Below the pieces are notes generated by a model. The model searched no databases. It worked only from the letters and a program-made list of their open reading frames with translations, and was not told the origin of the DNA. The translations under genes and the position numbers were made by a program. This document shows positions 57,544 through 64,000 of a DNA stretch of 64,000 nt, in pieces. The DNA is from Candidatus Mycalebacterium zealandia (GTDB lineage Bacteria; Desulfobacterota_D; UBA1144; Nemesobacterales; Mycalebacteriaceae), in assembly GCA_014075295.1 (NCBI GenBank), contig CP046180.1, positions 954,458 to 1,018,457 of the forward strand. Direction: 5' to 3'. Each line of letters begins with the position of its first letter. Positions within the stretch are counted from its first letter, which is position 1.

Positions 57544-57927
57544 CTATTTTTTGCTAACCTTGTTTTTCTTTGCTATCGCCGTACCTCTGGGACCCTTCCT
57601 TGTTCTCGCGTTCGCCTTTGTTTTCTGTCCGCGCACCGGAAGCCCCATCCGGTGTCTTATTCCCCTGTAACATCCAATCTCCACCAGACGCTTGATGTTC
57701 ATTTGCACATCTTTGCGCAAATCACCCTCAACAACGCATTTTTCTTCAATAAAATTCCTGATGTTCGCCAACTCTTTGTCGTTCAGATCTTTAGCCCGCT
57801 TCGTTGGGTCTATTTTCAAAGAATCCACTATGTCTCCGGCCATGGCTCTGCCTATCCCGTATATGTGGGTCAAAGCGAACTGAACCCTCTTTTCCGAGGG
57901 GATATCTATTCCCGCTATTCTTGGCAT
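57544..57927 (-). CDS. rpsM: 30S ribosomal protein S13
   Basis: MPRIAGIDIP N-terminus. Confidence 0.95.
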   Translation of the reverse strand: MPRIAGIDIPSEKRVQFALTHIYGIGRAMAGDIVDSLKIDPTKRAKDLNDKELANIRNFIEEKCVVEGDLRKDVQMNIKRLVEIGCYRGIRHRMGLPVRGQKTKANARTRKGPRGTAIAKKNKVSKK

Positions 57928-57929
57928 CT

Positions 57930-58043
57930 CTACCCCTGTCTCTGCTTACAACGTTTGTTTACGCAGATAACCCTCACTACGCCTCTGCGCTTGATAATCC
58001 TGCACTTGTTACAGATTTTTTTTACTGATGACCTTACCTTCAA
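57930..58043 (-). CDS. rpmJ: 50S ribosomal protein L36
   Basis: A 37-aa protein, (M)[36 protein letters not shown], with a zinc ribbon. Its TTG start overlaps the infA TGA stop (TTGA). Not in the ORF track because it is under 60 aa. Confidence 0.8.
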   Translation of the reverse strand: MKVRSSVKKICNKCRIIKRRGVVRVICVNKRCKQRQG

Positions 58044-58300
58044 TTTACCCTGTCCGTCCTCATTCTGTATGTAATCCTGCCACGCGACAAATCGTACGGA
58101 GAAATTTCAATCTTTACCTTGTCGCCTGGAACAATTCTCACAAACCTCGACCTCGCTCTTCTCATCTTACCTGAAACATATGCTAAAACCTTTCTACCAT
58201 TTCCCATTTCCACTCTGAACATGGCGTTTGGCAACGCCTCAACAACCGTTCCCTCAAATTCAACTGCGTCTCCCTTTGGCATTAAAACATCTGTCCTCAA
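58040..58300 (-). CDS. infA: translation initiation factor IF-1
   Basis: Canonical IF-1 S1-fold sequence ([22 protein letters not shown]). Confidence 0.95.
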   Translation of the reverse strand: MRTDVLMPKGDAVEFEGTVVEALPNAMFRVEMGNGRKVLAYVSGKMRRARSRFVRIVPGDKVKIEISPYDLSRGRITYRMRTDRVN

Positions 58301-58306
58301 CTGCTC

Positions 58307-59068
58307 CTAATTAAAACTCGTGAGCACTTCCGGACCATTTTCCGTTATGGCAACCGTGTGCTCAAAATGAGCGGACATTTTACCATCACTTGTAACAACA
58401 GTCCAATTATCAGACAAAGTTTTTATATCCGCTTCCCCTTCGTTAACCATTGGTTCTATCGCCAAAGCCATGCCGGGACGCAGTATCGGACCTGCTCCCG
58501 CCCCTCCGGGGGGAAGAAAATTCGGCACTTGCGGCTCTTCGTGAAGATTTTCACCAATGCCGTGCCCAACAAACGCTTTTACGACCGAAAAGCCCTTATT
58601 TTCAGCGTGTTGCTGTATGGTTTCGGATATATAATAGAGTCGTTTTGAGGGAAACGCCTTCTCTATGCCCCTGTCAAGAGACTCTTTGGCGGCTTGAAGA
58701 AGTTTCTCAGTCCGTGGTGTTGTTGTGCCGATGGGAACAGTTATGGCGGAATCGCCGTAAAACCCGTCCACAAAAGCGCCGAAGTCAATTCCCACAATGT
58801 CGCCGTCTTTAAGTATTCTGTCTTTTGAAGGTATGCCGTGAACAACTTCGTCATTTACCGAAGCGCAAATTGAACACGGAAAATCCATATACCCCTTGAA
58901 AGCAGGTCTGGCAGAGCGTTTCTCGGCAATTTCCTCGGCGATTCGGTTGAGTTCCCATGTGGAAACACCCTCACGTACGGTTTCGCTGAGTTTTTCAAGA
59001 ACCTCGGATACAACCGAAGCCGCAACCTTCATTCCGTTAAATTTCCGTTTTATTTCACCCGCGGTCAT
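58307..59068 (-). CDS. map: type I methionine aminopeptidase
   Basis: Metal-ligand residues in the pita-bread fold (DIVGIDFGA, HGIGENLHE, the EPM region). Confidence 0.9.
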   Translation of the reverse strand: MTAGEIKRKFNGMKVAASVVSEVLEKLSETVREGVSTWELNRIAEEIAEKRSARPAFKGYMDFPCSICASVNDEVVHGIPSKDRILKDGDIVGIDFGAFVDGFYGDSAITVPIGTTTPRTEKLLQAAKESLDRGIEKAFPSKRLYYISETIQQHAENKGFSVVKAFVGHGIGENLHEEPQVPNFLPPGGAGAGPILRPGMALAIEPMVNEGEADIKTLSDNWTVVTSDGKMSAHFEHTVAITENGPEVLTSFN

Positions 59069-59071
59069 GTG

Positions 59072-59635
59072 TTACAATCCCGAAACCACCGAATTGATTC
59101 TTTCCCTGACATCATCAATGGTTCCCGTTCCCTCTATGTCATTAAAAATCCCTTTTGACCTGTAATAGTCGGCAAGCGGAAGTGTCTGTTTGCGATAAAC
59201 GTCAAGACGGTTTCGTATAACGCCTTCGTTGTCATCTTCGCGCCCCTCCAGTTCCGCCCTCTTCAAAAGCCTTTCCACAACTTCGTCCTCGTCCACTTTG
59301 AGGTACAAAACCGCCTCAATAAATAGATTCTGACTCTCAAGCATGCCATCAAGCGAGCGCGCCTGCTCAATTGTTCTCGGAAAGCCATCAAACAGAAAAC
59401 CGGCCCCGTCCAAGCTGCCTATCTTCTCTCTGATAATATCTATGACAACCTCGTCCGGCACCAGTTCGCCCTTGTCCATGTAGCTTTTTGCCATCACTCC
59501 CGTTTCGGTTTGCCTCTTCACGGCATCTCTGAGTAAATCACCCGTGGATATGTGCTCCGCGTTGTAGGTGCTCGTGATAAAACTGGCTTGAGTCCCTTTT
59601 CCCGCTCCCGGCGGTCCGAATATTATCAAATTCAT
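59072..59635 (-). CDS. adk: adenylate kinase
   Basis: P-loop GPPGAGKGTQ. Trimmed to ATG 59635 (MNLIIFGPPGAGKGTQ). A short LID domain without the zinc knuckle. Confidence 0.9.
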   Translation of the reverse strand: MNLIIFGPPGAGKGTQASFITSTYNAEHISTGDLLRDAVKRQTETGVMAKSYMDKGELVPDEVVIDIIREKIGSLDGAGFLFDGFPRTIEQARSLDGMLESQNLFIEAVLYLKVDEDEVVERLLKRAELEGREDDNEGVIRNRLDVYRKQTLPLADYYRSKGIFNDIEGTGTIDDVRERINSVVSGL

Positions 59636-59651
59636 AATTTCACCCGGTTTT

Positions 59652-60983
59652 TTAAAAACGTTTCCTACGACGGCCGCCCTGCCCTCGTGGGCGGCGTGCC
59701 CCACCACCGCCACCCGCAGTTGCGAATGAATCATAATTGCGAGTTATCACAAAAGACTGAACGCGCTGCATAAAATCAAGCGTTACGCCGATTATAATCA
59801 GAAGCGATGTGCCGCCGAAATAAAACGGCAGGTTGAAAGGATCCCTCTGGAGAAAACTCGGCAACACACAAACGGCTACAAGATAGATTGAGCCGATAAG
59901 GGTGATTTTGTTCAGAATTGAGCCGATATACTCCGAAGTTTTCGCCCCGGGTCTTATCCCCGGCACATTTGCCCCGCTGTTTTTAATGTTGTCTGAAAGG
60001 TCATTCGGATCATACACAATTCCTGTGTAAAAAAATGAAAAGAAAATAATAAGAACCGCAAAGACAATGTTGTAAACAAAGGGGTTTTGTATCACCTCCT
60101 CCGAAATTGTTCTCATAAAAGGCGTGTCCGTAATGGCGACTAAAGTCGCCGGAAATATAAGAAGCGAAGACGCAAAGATGGGCGGAATAACCCCCGAAGG
60201 ATTGATTTTAAGAGGAAGATGCGTCGTGCCGCCTTCCATCATTTTTCTTCCCATAACCTTTCTGGGGTGCTGAATGGGAATCTTCCTTGAAGCGGTCTCA
60301 ACAAAAACAATTATTGCCATCACAAAAACCAGAAAAACAAAGATTAAAAGCATTCCGAGCACGGTTATGTCTCCCACACGCACAAGCCGCAGCATGTTCC
60401 ACAGAGCGCCGGGGGTGCCAGCAAGAATTGACATTGTGATTATCAGAGAAACGCCGTTTCCTATACCCTTCTCAGATATCTGTTCTCCGAGCCACATAAC
60501 AAGCATCGAGCCTGAGGTGAGCGTCAAAATTGTGCTCAGGCGAAAGCCGAGCCCCGGTGCTTCGGCAGCCCCGGTTTCAAGAGCGAGAGTAAGAACGGTT
60601 GCCTGAATAATTGAGATCGGTACCGTGCCGTAGCGTGAATACTGGTTGATTTTTCTCCTTCCCGCCTGCCCCTCTTCTTTTTGAAGAGCTTCAAGAGAAG
60701 GAATCGCCTTGACCATAAGCGACATAAGAATTGAAGCCGTAATGTAGGGAATTACCCCAAGGGCAAAAATCGACGCCTGTTCAAGGGCGCCGCCCGAAAA
60801 CACATTAAAAAGGTCAAACGCCGTTCCGCTCGTCCTTTCAAAAAGCTGAGTGATTTGCGCCGGAGATATGCCCGGAACCGGAATAAAAACTCCGAGCCTG
60901 TAAACAATTAGAATAAACAGCGTAAAAAGCAGTCTTCTGTTCAGTTCCGAAATACGGGGAATTCCAGAAGCAGACGCGCTCAT
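59652..60983 (-). CDS. secY: preprotein translocase subunit SecY
   Basis: 443 aa with ten TM segments and a canonical SecY sequence. Confidence 0.95.
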   Translation of the reverse strand: MSASASGIPRISELNRRLLFTLFILIVYRLGVFIPVPGISPAQITQLFERTSGTAFDLFNVFSGGALEQASIFALGVIPYITASILMSLMVKAIPSLEALQKEEGQAGRRKINQYSRYGTVPISIIQATVLTLALETGAAEAPGLGFRLSTILTLTSGSMLVMWLGEQISEKGIGNGVSLIITMSILAGTPGALWNMLRLVRVGDITVLGMLLIFVFLVFVMAIIVFVETASRKIPIQHPRKVMGRKMMEGGTTHLPLKINPSGVIPPIFASSLLIFPATLVAITDTPFMRTISEEVIQNPFVYNIVFAVLIIFFSFFYTGIVYDPNDLSDNIKNSGANVPGIRPGAKTSEYIGSILNKITLIGSIYLVAVCVLPSFLQRDPFNLPFYFGGTSLLIIIGVTLDFMQRVQSFVITRNYDSFATAGGGGGARRPRGQGGRRRKRF

Positions 60984-61411
60984 ACAATCTCTACCTTGCC
61001 GCCGGAACGCTCTATTTTTTCCATTGAAGAGCTGCTCGCGGCGTCAACCTTGAGAGTCAGTTTCTTTTCAGTTTTTCCATTGCCGAGAAGTTTTACGGGG
61101 CGTTTTCCGCTTATAAGGCGTTTCTGGACAAGCGCCTCGGTATCCACTGTGGCGCCGTCTTCAAAACGCTCAAGCGCGCTTATATTTACGGTGTCGTAGG
61201 AAACCTTGAACCTGTTTTTGAAACCTCTTTTCGGAATCCTCATTTTCAGGGGTGTCTGTCCACCCTCAAACCAGCGCGAGACTCCTTTTCCGGAACGCGA
61301 CCCCTGCCCATTCTGTCCGCGTCCGGCGGTTTTTCCTTTTGAACCGGCTCCCCTTCCAACTCTCTGGCGGGACTTGGCTGAACCGGCGGGTTTTGGTAAT
61401 CTGTCAAGCAT
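60980..61411 (-). CDS. rplO: 50S ribosomal protein L15
   Basis: Gly/Arg-rich N-terminus (GRGAGSKGKTAGRGQNGQGSRSG). Confidence 0.9.
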   Translation of the reverse strand: MLDRLPKPAGSAKSRQRVGRGAGSKGKTAGRGQNGQGSRSGKGVSRWFEGGQTPLKMRIPKRGFKNRFKVSYDTVNISALERFEDGATVDTEALVQKRLISGKRPVKLLGNGKTEKKLTLKVDAASSSSMEKIERSGGKVEIV

Positions 61412-61425
61412 TTCAGTTTAAACCT

Positions 61426-61971
61426 CTAAAACTTGTAATACGGAGGAAGATCAAGATCGGAAACTTCCTTTTCGCGCTCAAGCGCGACCTGCTCCGGAAG
61501 TGTAAGTTGGGAAAGCGCTTTTATGGTCGCCGCCACAACATTAATGGGATTTCTTGAGCCTACAACCTTGGAAAGAATATCACTGATACCCGCAAGGTCC
61601 GCGACCGCGCGAACGGGGCCTCCGGAAATAACTCCCGTTCCCGGAGCCGCCGGCAGAAGCACGACACGGCTTGATGAACTCTCACACGAAACCTCGTGCG
61701 GTATGGTTGAACCGTGCAGAGAAACTTTTATAAGATTTTTGCGCGCTTTGTCCGTTCCTTTCTTAATCGCGTTCGGGACTTCGTTTGACTTGCCCAGCCC
61801 GTAACCCACTATGCCGTTGCCGTTGCCGACAACCGTCATCGCGGTGAAATGGAAACGTTTTCCGCCCTTTGTAACCTTGGCGACACGCCTGATGTCAACT
61901 ACTTTCTCTTCCAGTTCAAGCCCCGCGGGGTCAACGAAACCGGAACCCGTAATACTGTTATTAGAACTCAA
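61426..61971 (-). CDS. rpsE: 30S ribosomal protein S5
   Basis: Canonical S5 dsRBD plus C-terminal domain. Confidence 0.95.
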   Translation of the reverse strand: MSSNNSITGSGFVDPAGLELEEKVVDIRRVAKVTKGGKRFHFTAMTVVGNGNGIVGYGLGKSNEVPNAIKKGTDKARKNLIKVSLHGSTIPHEVSCESSSSRVVLLPAAPGTGVISGGPVRAVADLAGISDILSKVVGSRNPINVVAATIKALSQLTLPEQVALEREKEVSDLDLPPYYKF

Positions 61972-62326
61972 GACCTTTCTCCCTTAAACCTGCGGCGAGT
62001 GACTTCACCCTTCCGTGAAACGGATATCCGCCTCTGTCAAAAACTACTTTTTTCACTCCGCCCGCGACTGAAACCTCTCCGAGATATTCGCCGACCGCTT
62101 TTGCCTGCTCCACCTTTGAATCCTTCTCACTGATGTTTTTTTTGACTTCAGGAGTAAGTGAAGACGCGGCAAACATTGTTCTTCCGACTACATCGTCAAC
62201 AATCTGGGCGTAGATATATCTGGAGGATTTGAAAACGCACAGCCTCGGAACACTCATTGTGCCGGACACTTTTCTCCTTATCCTTTTATGCCTTCTGTTT
62301 CTCAGAGTTTTCCTGTCCCTAATCAT
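61961..62326 (-). CDS. rplR: 50S ribosomal protein L18
   Basis: Canonical L18 sequence. Confidence 0.9.
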   Translation of the reverse strand: MIRDRKTLRNRRHKRIRRKVSGTMSVPRLCVFKSSRYIYAQIVDDVVGRTMFAASSLTPEVKKNISEKDSKVEQAKAVGEYLGEVSVAGGVKKVVFDRGGYPFHGRVKSLAAGLREKGLEF

Positions 62327-62868
62327 TTCTTCACACCTGATTTTCCGGGCTTCAATCTTATATTTTCGCCGGCAAATCTCACGCCTTTCCCTTTGTAAGC
62401 GTCAGGCTCGCGTAGTTTTCTTATATTCGCCGCCGCCTCGCCGACAACCTGTTTGTTAATCCCCTCAAGTGTCAGCCTTGTTCCCCGTCCTTCCACTTTC
62501 GCCGTTACACCCTGAGGCAACGAGAATGTGATGGGGTGGGAATAACCAAGCGACATCTTAAGCGAGTCTTTACCCGACATCTCGGCTTTATATCCCGTGC
62601 CGACTATCTCAAGCGTTCTCGTAAATCCTTCGGAAACGCCCTGAACGGAATTCGCTATGAGCATTCTTACAAGACCATGGTGGGATTTCATTTTCTTTGT
62701 TTCATCCGTTTTCACATTTACAAACCCGTCTGCGATTTCAACACTTAGGCCTTCGGGAACCCTAACCGGCAACTCGCCTTTGGGCCCCTTTACGCTGAGA
62801 AGACCGCCTGACTGGCTGATGTCAACCTTTTCCGGTAACGGCACTGGTTTGTTTCCTATTCTTGACAT
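62323..62868 (-). CDS. rplF: 50S ribosomal protein L6
   Basis: Trimmed to ATG 62868 (MSRIGNKPVPLP). Confidence 0.9.
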   Translation of the reverse strand: MSRIGNKPVPLPEKVDISQSGGLLSVKGPKGELPVRVPEGLSVEIADGFVNVKTDETKKMKSHHGLVRMLIANSVQGVSEGFTRTLEIVGTGYKAEMSGKDSLKMSLGYSHPITFSLPQGVTAKVEGRGTRLTLEGINKQVVGEAAANIRKLREPDAYKGKGVRFAGENIRLKPGKSGVKK

Positions 62869-62875
62869 ATTAAAC

Positions 62876-63268
62876 TCACACCACAGTGCAGATAACTTCT
62901 CCACCTATGCCCATGTCTCTGGCGTGGCGACCAGTCATTATACCTTTTGAAGTTGAAAGTATCGCAGTGCCCATGCCCGTAACAACACGAGGAATTCTGT
63001 CTTTTCCTACGTAAATCCTTCCACTGGGTTTGCTCACTCTTTTGAAGTTTTTGATTCCCGGAGCACCCTGCGTAGAGTATTTGAGTTTGACCACAATCTC
63101 CTTCTTCACACCTTCTCCCGAGATATTAAAATCGGCGATATACCCTTCTTCCTTCAACACCCTTCCTATCTCAACCTTGATGTTGGAGTGTGGAATCAAA
63201 ACCTCGGCGTGCCGGACCATAAGGGCGTTTTTTATTCTCGCAAGCATGTCTGCTATTGGATCTGTCAT
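62876..63268 (-). CDS. rpsH: 30S ribosomal protein S8
   Basis: MTDPIADMLARIKNA N-terminus. Confidence 0.95.
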   Translation of the reverse strand: MTDPIADMLARIKNALMVRHAEVLIPHSNIKVEIGRVLKEEGYIADFNISGEGVKKEIVVKLKYSTQGAPGIKNFKRVSKPSGRIYVGKDRIPRVVTGMGTAILSTSKGIMTGRHARDMGIGGEVICTVV

Positions 63269-63285
63269 TCTTACCTTCCCGCAAG

Positions 63286-63471
63286 TTAGAAACTTGCTTT
63301 TCTCACTCCCACGATTTCACCCCGGCTCGCAAGTTCCCTGAAACACAGACGGCACATACCGAACTGTCTTAAGAAAGCCCTCGGCCTCCCGCACAAAGAA
63401 CAACGGTTAACCTTGCGAACCTTGTATTTCGGTTTCCTCAGAGATTTTTCCCAAAGCGCTTTTCTTGCCAT
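63286..63471 (-). CDS. rpsZ: 30S ribosomal protein S14 type Z
   Basis: A 61-aa zinc-binding form ([20 protein letters not shown]). Confidence 0.9.
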   Translation of the reverse strand: MARKALWEKSLRKPKYKVRKVNRCSLCGRPRAFLRQFGMCRLCFRELASRGEIVGVRKASF

Positions 63472-64000
63472 TATTCAGTCTCCCGGGCAAAGGGCATGCC
63501 CATTTCTTCAAGAAGCACTTTTGCCTCTTCGTTACTATTTGAAGTTGTTACAAAGGTTATATTGAGCCCCTTCACCCTTGAAACCTTGCTGTAATCAATT
63601 TCGAGGAAGATGATGTGCTCCCTTATTCCCAGCGTGTAGTTTCCTCCGCCGTCAAATGAAGTCAAACTCACTCCTCTGAAATCCCTTACTCTCGGCAGCG
63701 CAAGATTCACAAAACGGTCAAAAAACTCGTACATCATTTTCCCTCTGAGTGTAACTGCGCAACCAATCGGCAGACCTTCACGGAGTTTGAAGCCCGCTAT
63801 GGATTTTTTGGACTTTGTAATAATAGGCTTTTGACCGGCAATAAGAGCAAGTTCCTGCACAGCTTCATCAACCACATTCTTGTTGCGCCCCGCCTCGCTC
63901 AAGCGGCCGAGTCCCATGTTCAAAACAACGCGCTCAAGGCGCGGAACCATCATTGAGTTTGAGTAAGAATTCCTTTCCATAATCCGGGGAATCACTTGCT
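63471..64000 (-). CDS. rplE: 50S ribosomal protein L5 (N-terminus beyond the window end)
   Basis: Canonical L5 sequence. The track ORF begins at GTG 63995, which aligns about 11 residues into L5; the frame stays open to the window end, so the true start is probably past 64000. Confidence 0.9.
   Translation of the reverse strand, partial: QVIPRIMERNSYSNSMMVPRLERVVLNMGLGRLSEAGRNKNVVDEAVQELALIAGQKPIITKSKKSIAGFKLREGLPIGCAVTLRGKMMYEFFDRFVNLALPRVRDFRGVSLTSFDGGGNYTLGIREHIIFLEIDYSKVSRVKGLNITFVTTSNSNEEAKVLLEEMGMPFARETE

Noticed and set aside
63471-63995. rplE treated as complete, starting at the GTG at 63995.
   Set aside because: Alignment to L5 places this GTG about 11 residues in. The frame is still open at the window edge, so the gene was reported as partial.

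Overview
This 64-kb window is a bacterial chromosomal segment of roughly 55% GC. Almost everything from about 6.3 kb to 50 kb is coded on the minus strand. A tmRNA (ssrA) is present, so the source is a bacterium; I cannot place the taxon from sequence alone.

The content is mostly core housekeeping:
- Positions 1-7.4 kb carry a partial radical-SAM gene, nnr, tsaE, an alpha/beta hydrolase, lysC overlapping a citramalate/isopropylmalate-synthase-family gene, and a DnaQ-like exonuclease.
- Five tRNAs follow (Ser-GCU, Asp-GUC, Val-UAC, Leu-UAG, Lys-CUU), interleaved with manC, a nucleotidyltransferase-like hypothetical, and tig-clpP-clpX.
- Next come an M16 zinc peptidase, pssA-psd and ilvBNC.
- An isolated nuoJ-nuoK-nuoL block sits next to nth, nrnA and a trpF-trpB-(gtrA-like)-trpA operon.
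- gltA, ptsP, fpr, rnr, pyrG and rdgB lead to ssrA, a TPR protein, a secreted S1 protease and smpB.
- An alr-(repeat protein)-mlaE-mlaF-mlaD operon is followed by an MFS transporter, metF, pdxH, an epimerase and an LLM oxidoreductase.
- The window ends with the rplQ-rpoA-rpsD-rpsK-rpsM-rpmJ-infA-map-adk-secY-rplO-rpsE-rplR-rplF-rpsH-rpsZ-rplE ribosomal cluster; rplE runs off the window end.

I found no CRISPR array, transposase, integrase or prophage.

The most interesting material is two low-GC genes (about 38-41% GC by eye) that bracket the orphan nuoJKL block:
- A GTG-start HNH-endonuclease fusion protein (25905..27032) sits one nucleotide from nth and has a roughly 270-aa C-terminal region I cannot assign.
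- An Abi/HEPN-reminiscent gene (22007..22915) is preceded by a 59-aa ORF coupled to nuoL through a GTGA overlap; at 59 aa it is below the track's apparent 60-aa cutoff.

Other items worth follow-up:
- A W-P-aromatic repeat protein is coupled to alr and mlaEFD.
- A GtrA-family gene is inserted inside the trp operon.
- A small ORF coupled to smpB reads as a signal peptide plus one TPR unit broken by two in-frame stops.
- Ribosomal protein L17 carries a long low-complexity C-terminal tail.

CDS coordinates follow the supplied ORF track, with starts trimmed where the sequence supports it. Hand-located RNA and small features may be off by 1-2 nt.
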